Origin: Haliotis cracherodii
Taxonomy: Eukaryota
NCBI RefSeq assembly: GCF_022045235.1
Contig: NW_027266279.1
Coordinates: forward strand, 3,472,001 to 3,536,000
DNA length: 64,000 bases
Direction: 5' to 3'
The translations under genes were made by a program, and so were the position numbers. The notes under the pieces were generated by a model. The model was not told the origin of the DNA, made no database searches, and saw only the letters and a list, made by a program, of their open reading frames with translations. Position 1 is the stretch's first letter, and the number at the start of each line of letters is the position of its first letter. Below, in pieces: positions 47,865-61,019 of the stretch.

Positions 47865-50800
47865 TCACATTATCTTCATTCTAACGTTTATACAGTCTCT
47901 GAACGATAGCAGAACCCCCGAGACATAACTCTTAGATCGGTACAGACGTGAAGTGTAAAGACTTATGCCCCTGGTCGGATCTTTCTTGGACAGCAGCTTC
48001 TTCGTTATCATTACTTCCTCGACAAGTGTGTACTCTTTAAACAGCTGGGTCTTGTCAACTAGAACACGTCTTGTGATCTATCTTTGATAAAATGGTCCAT
48101 GTGATATGAGATCACCGTTCTCAACATTAACTCGATGTCGAGGGTATTTCTTGACAATACCAGATAATCTGGACACAGCACGTGAGTTGGACTTCTCGAC
48201 AACCACTTTGTATCCAGCTGGACATGAACGCTTGAATATTTTAATTTTTATTTCGAATGCGATGTTGAACTGCTTGTCCGGTATGCCGAAATGGGAGGAT
48301 AGCGCTACAATACCTGCTTGAGATTTACCTCCGTGATGTCGGATACATATATCCCTGTTCGTCGACCACGCACCCAGGGTGAGAATCGAACCTTTGTTCT
48401 GGAACGAGTGAGTGAGTGATTACGACACGAGTGTTCGTCAGATAACATTTATCTTACACCGACTTGTAAGATAAATAGTAACTGACAGGTACGAGTGCAG
48501 TGATCTGTTTCTTACACACCCAAACACCGCACCATTTTAGCATGGAATCGATGCATGTCTTTCTTTCGCAGTGGAGCATTAATACATACCAATGGTCATG
48601 AATCACCTCATCCGGCTTACTTCTCAAACCTTGTTTCACCCTCCATAAAAGCGTTTTAACGATATGTGTGGATTCATTACCAAGACGATGATGATAATTC
48701 ACTCTGGATAACATCAAAGAATATTTATTAAACACAAAAACGTTTCGACACAGACGAAGGTGAATGAGACAGAAGCCCGAAAAAACCAGGAAAGCAGTCC
48801 GTCACAATCTGACCTAATGTCATCACCATGAAGTAGCCAATCACGGACCTAGAATTCATTCTCCCCTGCTCCTTCGTCTCTCAGTTTACCCTTGTTATTG
48901 ACATTAGACAAGCACGATATGCACGAGCGAAGGAGCGACGCGTGGCGACATAGCTCGATATTCACGTGCACGACATGACACGAGGGGTGCATGCGCATAT
49001 ACCCCGGATGTTAACCCCATGTGCTCGAATTTGCGCCATTGACTGGATGGATAGCGAAGAGAACGTTGTTGAACTGGAAACCTTCAGTGTCGGCAATGAA
49101 AATGGATATAAATTAAAGATGCTCAACACTCTGTCGTTTGAAATACAGGTAAATGTCAGTCATTCTTTCTTTGAATTTTGGATCATTAATTAATTAATTA
49201 GTGTTTCAACACTGGTATCTGGCCATGACAAATACTAGAAATGGAAAATTGGGACATTTCTTGTACATCTTTACAACCTATAGAAGGCGGGTAATTAAGT
49301 GCAACCTGAATCTGAAGAGATGTTATATTTATAGCATGGATACATGATTGAATCATTCTCATTCTCAATAGATTAGGGTGCACGTCTGAGGCGCTACAAT
49401 TCGCTGTGCAGAGTTGCGTCTCTTGGGCACCTGTGATGGAGGGTTCAAATCCCCGTTCGCCCCAATTATGTGTATGGATTTGTCAGCATCATACTCGTGC
49501 TCATGGGATTTCATGAAAGTGCAAGACGTATAAGACCCGTATCACTTCTTCAGTAATCTGACATGCCGTTATATAACTGGAATACTGTTCAAACCGGCGT
49601 TACACCAAACTCACTCCACTATTTTTGCTGTTAACAACATCGCATTCACATCACGTCGTTATACCAATACTCAATGTTATATATCACACATTCTGCATAT
49701 TCTTTGATACCAGTGAACATTCGGGCCAGAATGGGTCCTCCTCAACCAATGCTGGAATATTGCTGTGTGCGGCGTTAAACAACAAACACAATTATATTCT
49801 TTGTATCTTTACACCCATGTTAGTGGGAACAGTGTTTTAGATTTCCTTCAAGAAATTCACACGCATGGCAAACTCAAATTGTGATGTTCCAAATGGTACT
49901 TTTCGGCCTTCCTGCCGATTGTATTAATGTATTAATGTATTTTATTGGATATGATGTCGAAATGAATCGCCAACAGATATTACATGTTTCAGGGTTCGTG
50001 TCTTTGGTGACATGCGGGAAGACCACCTAACTGAACATCGCAGAAGGCTGATTAAAAACTTGGAGGTGTTAGAAATTGAGATCTGATTAAATCGATGACC
50101 GATTTTTAGTTCTTCAGTCTGTTTGCGAATGACATAACCCTTATTGTCTTCATTGTTAAAAACTTGGGAATTTTGTTGAGATGAATGGCATTGTGTCTGC
50201 CCCTTGGAATTTGTCATTTACAAAACAATTAAATTGGAGTGAACATGTGTCTAACGTATCGCTACAGGCAAAGAAGATATTGTTCTGTTTTGAAACGTAT
50301 ATTTACATGTATTTTGGGATTGACTACACGAAAGTTGGCCCATATTACATGGAGCTGAAATTTAGGGCTTGGATATATGCAAAGAAGTGATGTATTTATG
50401 TTCGTGCAAAATTGTAAATATGCCTGAATCTCGTTACCCTCTTGAAGCTGCCAATGTTAAATGTAATTTGGGATCTAAAATTAAGTTTGGTTTGGGGCCG
50501 AGCATTCAGTCTGTGAATAAAACGTAAACAAACTGATTAAAGGAAAGATAAAACAAACATTTAGATTCAGAGTCCTTACTCTTATCCTCAGCTCCATGAA
50601 AGTTTCAATTAACTCACCGCCTATTTTCATATACTCTTGTTGAGATCCAGTATTTCCAGCCGATTGATAACCAGAAGTATTCAATATCATCGTTATTTTG
50701 GGGCTATCGGCTCATGCGTTAGAAGATAGTTTTTAAGGGTGCCATGAAAATTTGACCTGTTTATACAGTTAATAGTATTATGTATGGGAACGGTACCTAC

Positions 50801-51640
50801 CTCTCGAGTCTTGAAATATCGGTTGTGTAGGACGAGTGATTGAGACGGGCGCCTAGTCCGTTGATTTTTGCAATCACAAGGGATAATTATGTCAAATCAT
50901 CTGTCAAGGATCTTTTTAATTGTATTACATCCCATTTAATTATATTTTTTTTAAAGAAATAGAATTGTGAAATAAATGCTTGAACATATTATTTGTAATT
51001 AAAAAATGATCTATTTAGACTTGGTTGAAGGAAATTAGTTAACTTGGATTGTTAGTGGATGTACCTTGATGGGGGTTTAAGTGATGTAAAATAATTGTCC
51101 CAGAGAGGATATGTAAGACCACGTCATTCGGAGTAATGTTTTCCTGCCACATTTTTAATCGTAGAATATGTGTTCATTTAACTTTGGCTAAATTTAACAA
51201 AAATCGCCAACACCTGAAGGGCTGATGTAAATCCGGCTGGGGTCCATGCAGGAAGCAAAGGTACTGAAAGTCCCATGGAAACTAGCATGGTGATCTACCT
51301 TCAGCTGCTGGCGATCTATAGCCCTATTTTATTATGTATTGTTACATATAGTGATGCTAGTATGCATCGTTTTAATCTAAATATGTTTTCTTAACATATA
51401 ACTTCTCGTCACGATATGGCTGAAATATTGCCGATGTGACGTTAAATATTAACTCACTCAGCTGTAGCCTGTTGAACAGTATGTACACTGTAGTCCCTTG
51501 GCGGAGAACCGTATTCCCATGCACCTGGCTATTTTCAGGCACAATTCTTCACACATGAGCTTTCCAGTGACCCCGATACCGTTAGATGTAGATATGAAAC
51601 GTGCGAACACTATCCACGATAAAACGCAAAGTGACAACCA
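47865..51640 (-). pseudogene. Disabled tandem duplicate of the 41859-45564 gene
   Basis: The ATG segment is deleted. Exon1 is split by a ~600-bp insertion (~50866-51465). Exon2 is truncated after TECSA (~50495). Exon3 (47865-48398) has TAA at 48325-48327, a 1-nt insertion and TAG at 48078-48080. Confidence 0.85.
50185..50490 (+). mobile_element. Degenerate LINE ORF2 fragment abutting truncated exon 2 of the pseudogene
   Basis: Fragments FTKQLNWSEHVSNVSLQAKK, LHGAEI and SRYP resemble the post-RT region of non-LTR elements. Confidence 0.45.
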
Positions 51641-51921
51641 AAGTTCCTGTGTCGGTACTCTTACAGATGTACCGTCGAACACAATAGCATGCTTAACTCT
51701 GAAGGATGAAAGTAATTAGTTCGGATGCTCTGGGACTATCCTGTTACCATAAATTAATGTCTGACATACTTGAGCACAAAGGAATGTTTTTTGGTTTTAG
51801 GTTGCGGCGGGCCGCATTGGTTTGACTGACGGTGGTAGTTTGGTTGTGGTGGTGAAGGCCAATGGTAGCGATTTGTATTCGGCAGGAAGTAGGGTGGTGG
51901 TCGTGGCAGGATGAAGGGTGA

Positions 51922-52360
51922 TGGTGGTTAACAGCGGTAGCGAGATGTCGTGGGCGGAAGTAGGACGGTGGTTAACAGCGGTAGCGAGATGTCGTGGGCG
52001 GAAGTAGGACGGTGGTTAACAGCGGTAGCGAGATGTCGTGGGCGGAAGTAGGACGGTGGTTAACAGCGGTAGCGAGATGTCGTGGGCGGAAGTAGGACGG
52101 TGGTTAACAGCGGTAGCGAGATGTCGTGGGCGGAAGTAGGACGGTGGTTAACAGCGGTAGCGAGATGTCGTGGGCGGAAGTAGGACGGTGGTTAACAGCG
52201 GTAGAGAGATGTCGTGGGCGGAAGTAGGATGGTGGTTAACAGCGGTAGAGAGATGTCGTGGGCGGAAGTAGGACGGTGGTTAACAGCGGTAGAGAGATGT
52301 CGTGGGCGGAAGTAGGATGGTGGTTAACAGCGGTAGCGAGATGCTGCAGGCGGAAGTAGG
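51922..52360. repeat. 44-bp minisatellite (~10 units) GGTGGTTAACAGCGGTAGCGAGATGTCGTGGGCGGAAGTAGGAC
   Basis: Direct periodicity. Confidence 0.95.
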
Positions 52361-53974
52361 GTGATAATCGTGGCCAGTGTAAGGATGATGGCTTTTACCG
52401 AGTTTGAGACATCACAAACAATTCGGGAATATGAATTGGAATGATTAGCGAATAAAGAAATAAGATCTGCATTTGTAAATGTCATTAGTAATCATAAGTA
52501 GTATAGATTAAGATCACTTAGTAATAGTTTTTGCAGTGAACCGTTCTCGGTTAGGCGTGTGCCCAGCTTTACAATCTTCTGTAGCGTAAAGCGCTGAAGG
52601 AAAAGGGTTGAAGGATTAACGAACTTTGATGATATAAATCTCCTGAGGATATTTTTTTCTATTCGGAACCTTTCACATTCGCTAAAATCATTCGATGTGA
52701 CCTGAGATGTTGCTTCACTGATAAGGCGTCGGTTGTGTTGTAAGAAAGTCAATTGGCTGATGGGAATAGCAGAAACCTACGATTCTTCCCGGTTTGGTAA
52801 TAGTCGACCTGCTTCCCTGCCACATCACGCCGACTGGAATTTGTATTTTAGTGAAGTAAAGAATCTTTAAAAAATCTTATGAACGATATCGAACAAGGTA
52901 TTTTGTGGTTTGATGGGTTTTTTAATCTTTCTGATTTTGCACATTTCATTACACACCGATATTTTGTGGTAAGGTCACGTCTTCAGTGCGGATCTTGTGA
53001 ACTTTGGGCCCAGTGACATAAGTGTAACACGATGTTAAATGTATGTTGATTTATGGCAAATAAAAGTTATCAAATATTTACTGTGGAATATGCGTCTCTT
53101 ATGATCACAACCCTTGAGGTGATGGGATAGTGCGGCGTTAAACAAACAAACATACGCTGGCACTCGAGTCTTGTACATTGTTGCTCCAGAAATTGGAGAG
53201 AAGCTGAAACGGCCAACCTGCGGGCATGGATCGTCACTCGACCACCAATATATTTCAGGTTGCATTCACGACTCACAAATATATTTTTCAACACAGATTA
53301 CAAATAAATCGTGATATTTCCGATGCAATAACACTCCCCTCTCTTCACAATACAAAAAAAGTGTTGGAAATGAAGATAATTCAAAGCGAAATTAGTTGCC
53401 AACAAATTTCAATCCAAGGTGGTATTTTACTGCAGTTTCAATTTACAATGAGGGTAACTTGTAGCAATGAGGATGTGTGCAAAAGAAGTTTCGTGACTTA
53501 TTTTGCCCACAAATTCATGATATATACGATAATTAGTTATTCATAATATATTTCTTCTTGTGAATCGAATTTACCACATGATTGTACTTCAGATATATTT
53601 CCACTATCCAAATTTGCATATCAAGTAGACATAAAACAAACAGTTACTGGCCCATTTGATTGCTGTCATCTGTAAAAATCATGATCTTGTTTAGTATGAC
53701 ACAAATTGCTATTCAAGCTATTTACAGTCTTCAGTTTCTCCAAATGCTAAGTGACATGTATGTCCAGATCACATCGTCAAGGCACAACAAACATCCCACA
53801 TTCATCTTCTTCATGCGTGTCGGTGTCACTTTCACTGTCCGAACTGTCAGTTATGCTCACATCAGCAATATCTGCATCTGAATCGTCGGGGAAGGTCGTC
53901 AGTTGCTCAGTGATGCGGCTTGGCATTTGATCACCATCTAACTAAACAATATGTTATATCTACAAACTTCCAGC

Positions 53975-54406
53975 CGTGTCCTTCTGGTGCATATTGAACA
54001 GGTGTGCCATGGTTCACAGGTGTGCCATGGTTCACAGGTGTCCAGCGGACTGCGTGTTTGAGTCTATTCACCATGGAAGACGAGTCAGCCATGTCCTTCT
54101 GGTGCATATTGAACCAGTGTGCCATGGTTCACAGGTGTCCAGCGGACTGCGTGTTTGAGACTATTCACCATGGGCGACGAGTCAGTCATGTCCTTCTGGT
54201 GCATATTGAACAGGTGTGCCATGGTTCACAGGTGTCCAGCGGACTGCGTGTTTGAGGCTATTCACCATGGGCGACGAGTCAGCCATGTCCTTCTGGTGCA
54301 TATTGAACCAGTGTGCCATGGTTCACAGGTGTCCAGCGGACTGCGTGTTTGAGGCTATTCACCATGGGCGACGAGTCAGTCATGTCCTTCTGGTGCATAT
54401 TGAACA
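53975..54406. repeat. 97-bp tandem repeat (~4.5 units) at inner end of left arm
   Basis: Repeated ORF starts at 54119 and 54216; the unit begins TGTCCTTCTGGTGCATATTGAAC. Confidence 0.9.
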
Positions 54407-54600
54407 AGAGATGGTGTTTCAGCATTTCTTGATAAGTTTGTCTGTCTGACCATCGACCAACGGAGAGGGGCTTGTCATCCGACCATGAACAACGGCAACC
54501 GTCCAGGTACCAGCTAGATCATGCACAAGCCGGGATACTGTTGGCCGCCTCACCACGGGATCTGTGAGGAAGTGTCCGGTGTCAGCAACCAGAGAACCTT

Positions 54601-55010
54601 CCCATGAATATTCTGTGTTAGAAACTGGTCTTCAGCAGCCCATGCTTGTTGTACAAGGCGACTAACGGGATCGGGTGGTCAGGCTCCCTGACTTGGTTGA
54701 TTTGTCATCTATCCTAAATGCGTGGATCGATGCTCATGACATTAATCACTGGATTGTCTGATCCAAACTCGAATATTTACAGACCGTCGTCATACAGCTG
54801 GAATATTGCTGAGTACGGTGTTAAACAACAAACCAACCAACGTAAAAGGCTATTAACGGGACTTGGTGGTCAGACTCGTTGATGCAATTGCGTAGATCGA
54901 TGCTCATGATATCAATCATTGGATTGTCTGGTGCAGTCTAGATTATGAACAGACCACCATCATATCTATAACTGGAATATTGCTGAATATGGCGTTTAAC
55001 CAAACAAAAG
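54601..55010 (+). mobile_element. Two adjacent SINE-like family A copies (full, then 5'-truncated)
   Basis: Family consensus occurs twice, each ending GTTAAAC/GTTTAAC plus (CAA)n. Confidence 0.75.
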
Positions 55011-55394
55011 CAAGAAAACACATAACCGTCGGCAACATCAGGCTTACATGTCATCCACAGAATAACCGTATAAGACGGTATGGGAGGAGCGGTATCCAGC
55101 AGACTGCATATGAAGGTCAAGTCACCATGGACAACAGTGGTTAATGGGGGACAAAGATTTATCCGTCTTGACCGAGTCTCAACCATGAGACAACTTCGAA
55201 CCAGACCATTCCATCTCTGAGTTGACTGAGCAGTTGTATCATCTGATGCCATATCTACAACCCAAGGTTAAAGAGGAGAAGCCACCATAGAGGCTAGAAT
55301 GTCCAGTGTTCTATGGTTCCTCATCTTCATCACCCACTCCCAAACGTGATATCCTTCCATGGCCAAGTTTTATATATTTATACATTGAAAGGAG

Positions 55395-55556
55395 TGAGTG
55401 AGTGAGTGAGTGAGTATGGTTTTATGACGCTTTTAGCAATCTTCCTGCAATATCACGGCGGGGGACACCAGAAATGGGCTTCACACATTGTACCCATGTC
55501 GGGAATCGAACCCGGGTCTTCGGCGTGACGAGCGAACGCTTTAACCATTTGGCCCC
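55395..55556 (-). mobile_element. SINE family B (tRNA-Asp-like head, (ACTC)n tail) with TSD
   Basis: Flanked by ATTGAAAGGAG (55384-55394, 55561-55571). Degenerate copies lie near 19770, 22600, 24805, 39650 and 47530. Confidence 0.85.
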
Positions 55557-57289
55557 ATAAATTGAAAGGAGATGACAGGTTGCTGCTGCTCATATTGAAG
55601 AGTGGGTGTTAGTTAAAAATTAACGCCACACCCAATTGAAGAAACGAACATACCAGACTTATGATAATCCGTTCCCTGACCATTAGGCTGGTGAAGTTTC
55701 CCAATAACAGGATGTCGGCAAGAATCAACGATTTGGATGATGGACATCGATTGTACATCCACTCGTGTGTGACAGGAGTTGACCATGTCATACCTTCCAC
55801 ACAGGAATCGTACAGTGGCATGCCGGGATGAAGAGGGGTCAAGTAGTTTACCGAAAAGCGGGCAACAAAATCAGCAACAAGAAAAGACAACATCGACAGT
55901 TGCTTTTGTAATTGGCGTATCAAGTATTTCCATCTGTGCACACTTTCACGACACAGCTGCATTCATCAGAAAGGGACAGTGTCAACGCTTGCAAATATTC
56001 CAGACATCGAAAGCCTTCTGATAAGATTGTCTTCAGTGGTTGTCATGGAAATACTATTAGAACACTTTTCTGGAATTGAGAAGTTTGTATGCACCTCATA
56101 TTCCAGACCATATAACTCCTGTTCAATATGCACCAGAAGGTCATGGCGGGAAGTAAGTAGATAACACCTACCAAATTATTTAGTTTGATGATGATCAAAT
56201 GCCAAGCCGCATCACTGAGCAACTGACGACTATCCCTGATGACACAGAAGTAGATAATGACAATGTAAGGATTAGAGACAGGTCTTACCAGTTTCTGTGT
56301 CTCTTTCACTGTCTGAAGATCAATGTGATACGTCCGTCGTGCCATGAAGATGTGACCTGGACATACACGTCACTAAGCATCTGGAGAAACTGAAGACAAT
56401 AAATAGCTCAAATAACAATTAGTGTCAAACTAAACAACATCATGACTTTTGCAGAAGGCAACAATCAAATGGGCCAGTAACTGTTTGATTTATGTCTACT
56501 TATATATCTGAAGTACAACCATGTGGTCATTTCGATTCACAAGAAGAAATATATTATGAATAACTAATTAATTATCATAGTTACATATATCATGAATTTG
56601 TGTTTAGTTGGCAAAATAAGTCACGAAACTTCTCATGCAGACATCCTCATTGCTACAAGTTATCCTTGTTGCAAATTGAAACTGCAGTAAAATACCGCCT
56701 TGGATTGAAATTTGTTGAGAAACGGAACTTACAAAAAATTGACAACCCTGGTCACTAATTTCGCTTTGATTTACTTTAAAGGAATGGTATGAAAGGATTA
56801 TCTTCATTTCCAACACTTTTCTGCAATGTTTTTTTTGGTATTGTGAATTAAGAGGAATTAACGAAAAGTGTCAAAAACTGATTATTTTTTTAAGTCCAAA
56901 CAAGTACTATTGCTAATTATTGTGCTAATAATCTTTATACATTCTAACATAATTTCTTCATCTGATAACCCATTCACAAAAGATTCTGATCTCGGGTACT
57001 TTTATAAAAAAAACACTACAAAGAACTATCTACCTTTTGTCGACTTTGTAACATGACCCGTGTCACTAATTTTGCTTTGAATTACTTTAAAGGAATTGTA
57101 TAAAAAGGATTATCTTCATTTCCAACACTTTTCTGTAAAAGAAATTATAATTTATGCAATGTTTTTTTTGTAATGTGAAGGAAGGGAAATGAACAAAAAG
57201 TGTCAATACTGATTTTTTTAAACATTCTTTGAAAATTCAGGCTTTGTTAATTAGTTATATATTTTTTTATAAATATTTGAATTTTCATT

Positions 57290-58600
57290 CAGTAGACATA
57301 CATGTAACATTGGTACATGAGGTATATACGTGTAGCAATTCATAGAATCTTAAAACATGATCAGATATGGGAATGTACATATATTGATTGACTAATAAAT
57401 TATAATAAGTACGCTGATAATTCCTTCCATTTTCTGTCGAATCTATTAATACTACTATTTTTCATTGAGATAATTTTTTTCTATTTTACATACATCTTCA
57501 ATATTTTTATGAAAAATGGAGTTTTCTTAATGCTTGACTGGTGAATGTATTTTTTTGCAAGAAGAATTATATGGTTGAAAAGGTAGTTGTTTTTGTTGTA
57601 GTAAAATAACTTATCCAGAATGGTAATATGAATATCATATGCAAGTTTCGAGTTTAGGTACATTTCAATTTCTAACTAAAATTCCTTTACAAAAACACAT
57701 TCTACATACACATGGTATGTTTTCAGATTCAGAGACACAAAATGTGTATATATCATCATCCATTAACTTCATTTTCAATAATTCATTTTTGGTATATAGA
57801 GCTCTTTTTATGAATCTGTACTGAAAATATTAGTTTAACGTCATTGGCACACATTCTACAATTACAGAGAACATTATTCCATAAAATGCTTTGATTAAGT
57901 TCATTTTCCCATTTATCACACATCAGAGGAAAGGAGCCCTTTGTTCTTATCAACAAGTCTCTCAAAATGTTATTTATGTTTAAATTAATTGTGATACAAA
58001 ATCTGCCATTTATTGCTTATTCCATGATTTAGGGATATTTAGCATTACTCTGTTGTAGTCAAGTATAGTACCTTTAATTTGAAATTTGTTTTGTAATTCT
58101 TCAAATGTTAAAAATCTGTTGTTGCTACATAAATCTTTTAAACTATGAATACCCTTATTAAACCAATGTTTTAGAATGAAATTATTTTTAATTGGCGATT
58201 GAACCATATTGACTCTGATAAAATTTCTTCAATATTGTGTTTGTCAACTTTATGTTTTCTGTAGTAATTACCCAAAATATTCAATATATCCCTACCAAAA
58301 GGATTTTTCAAAGTGATAAACTTATCAATATTTGCTCCCAAAAGGAAGAATGTTTTGATTGAAAGTTCTTTAATGTTGACAAAGTCGGTTTTTTTAAACT
58401 TGTCCTTAAAAATGATAATTTAAATGAATCAATAAATTTGCAGATATCTATCATTCTCAGACCACCTTCTTCATATTTCCTGATCAAAATAGATCTTTTT
58501 ATTTTGTCTGGTTTGTTATTCCAAATGAATGTATAAAATAGTTTATTCAATTTTCCAATAAAATCATTGGGTGGATAACAAACATTAATTTGTATGGACC
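57290..58600 (-). mobile_element. L1/Tx1-clade LINE ORF2 3' fragment (degenerate)
   Basis: KLFYTFIWNNKPDKIKRSILIRKYEEGGLRMID, WFNKGIHSLKDL..FLTFEELQNKFQI and NHIILLAKKYIH are typical post-RT motifs of L1/Tx1. Confidence 0.85.
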
Positions 58601-59289
58601 TCAATCTGAAATAAATTGCTCCCATGTCTTGGACGAAGACCCTCAACCACATACACTTCCAAGTTAAGTCCAACCAATCCCACGAATGTTAGGATTTGAA
58701 TTCCGGTTTTTAACCAAAAAAATAAAAACGTCACCAAATGACTTAGAATCGATACGTTTGCCTAAGGATACCAAGGATACAAGGATATCACATATAAAAC
58801 TTCCAAATGTATGCTGTTAAAGGGGGGTCACGTAGATCCGCGTACGAGTTTCTAAATAATTTCATTGGGCTCCAGTGAAGCAATAAAGCAACAATGTGCA
58901 CGGAGTTACAATCCCTTGTCTGAAACATTTAGGTAAATATTCTTCACATTGCAGTCGAGAGATACTATGAACTTACACTTAGTTTTCATAGGTTTGGTTT
59001 AGCACGAGAAATCATGACTAAACGTACAAAACATCCCAACCTCTGTGTGGTCGAACCTAGAACTTGGCAAACATCCCACAGTTGCAATTAGTAACATTGC
59101 CCAAACACCAACAGTTACCGTGTTTCGTCTTAGCTGATGCATCATTACATGCCTCAGACCAGAGTGGACTTCACTGCATTATTGCAAATCTCTCAAATAG
59201 TATTAGTCACACAAATAAATCAATAAATAGACAAACCATGAAAGTAAGAAAGAAGTGGAACACAAAATTACAGGACTAAAATATCCACT

Positions 59290-60290
59290 TCCTACAGACA
59301 CAAGGACACAATGGTCATACTAGGACAAGAATGACATGTCCTACAGACACAAAGGCACAAGGGTCATACAAAGACTAGAATAGCCATGTCCTACAAGCGC
59401 ACAGGGGTCATAATAGGACCAAGTCCTACGTAGACACAAGGGCACCAGGGGCATTCTAGGACAAGAATAGCCATGTCCTGTAGACACAAGGGTCAAACAG
59501 GGACAGGAATAGCCATGTCCTACAGACACAGGGACACAAGGATCATACCAGGACAAGAATAGACATGTCCTACAGACACAAGGGTCGAACAGGGACAGGA
59601 ATAGCCATGTCCTACAGACAAAAGGGTCATACCAGGACAAGAATAACCATGTCCTACAGACACAGGGACACAAGGGTCATACCAGGACAAGAATAGCCAT
59701 GTCCTACAGAGACAGAGGCACAAGGGTCTTACTAGGACAAGAATAGCCATGTCCTACAGACACAAGGTCACAGGGGTCATACTAGGACAGGAATAGCCAT
59801 GTCCTACAGACACAAGGATCATACTAGGACAAGAATAGCCATGTCCTACATGTCCTGTAGACACAAAGGTCATACTAGGACAAGACCCGTGAAGATCCGG
59901 GTAAGAATTGGTCTTCAGCAACCCATGCTTGCCGTAACAGGCGACTATGCTTGTCGTAAGAGGCGACTGACGGGGCCTGGAGGTCAGGCTCGCTGACTTG
60001 GTTATCATCGTGTCCCAGTTGCGTAGATCGATGCTCATGTTATCAGTCACTGGATTGCCTGGTCCAGACTACCGTCATATAGCTGGAATATTGCTGAGTG
60101 CGGCGTTAAACAACAAACAAACATACTATGACAAGAATAGCCATGTCCTACATGTCCTGTAGACACAATGGCACAAGTGTCATAAAAGGACAGGAATAAT
60201 CATATCCTGTAGACACCAGGGCAGTAGGAACATACTAGGACAAGAATAGACATGTCCTTCAGACACAATGGCAAAAGGACCATCCTAGAA
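59290..60290. repeat. Degenerate ~42-51-bp minisatellite (GAATAGCCATGTCCTACAGACACAAGGGTCATACTAGGACAA) interrupted by a SINE
   Basis: Direct periodicity. Confidence 0.9.
59886..60121 (+). mobile_element. Full-length SINE-like family A copy with 15-bp TSD-like flanks
   Basis: CATACTAGGACAAGA / CATACTATGACAAGA flanks; 5' end CCCGTGAAGATCCGGGT. Confidence 0.85.
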
Positions 60291-61019
60291 CAAGGACGTT
60301 CTCTCAACTACAAGCATTGCAACTGGCTGTTAAAAGAAGGGAGATCCAGTTTATACTTTCAAAGAAAACACTCCAGATCTCTTGAAAGATGTAACAACTG
60401 AAAGTTATTGAATATATTTTTTTCACACATGTCTAACCATTCTTAAGGAGAACATTATGACATGTGGATTTTCTGAAAATGCACTCGGAAGCTCAAACAA
60501 ATTTGGAATATTTAAGTCTGATCAGGAGAATAATCTCTTTACACTTTCGTCTTAAAGAGCACAATATATATAACAGAAATATAAGAAGGTAAACGTAAGA
60601 TTTGAATATCTACTGTCTTTTGAGCAATAAACAAATGATAAATGCTTCTTCACATAAATAAATAGCATAAACTAATACACATCAAAAACATCATGAACAC
60701 ATCACAGGCCAGTAATCTAGTCGGACCTTAACAGAGCCATCAAATAAACGATCCATCCACATGGCCAACCCACTGAGATATTTCTTTCTGAAGTCCATAT
60801 TGTCCTGTTCTTGTCGGAATCGAAGTCGTCGTCAAGGAAACCGATGGCCCGTTAATTGTGTTCCTAATCCACTGCCGCGCCTTCTTCGGGTGGAAGATGT
60901 AGTAGTATTTGCGGGAGCCGTTGGTGGCGAGGACGGTTCCGACACAGCTGCTGATATTGACGTTGTTGAGGCTGGGGATGTTGTACTACGGTTTCCAGGT
61001 AGGTGAAGGGCAGGGCACT

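Larger units (their letters stand above)
53343..56848. repeat. Long imperfect inverted repeat; arms ~53343-54002 and ~56118-56848, spacer ~2.1 kb
   Basis: AATTTCAATCCAAGGTGGTATTTTACTGCAGTTTCAATTT (~53405) matches its reverse complement at ~56670-56710. GTCGTCAGTTGCTCAGTGATGCGGCTTGGCATTTGATCA matches ~56192-56230. Confidence 0.88.
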
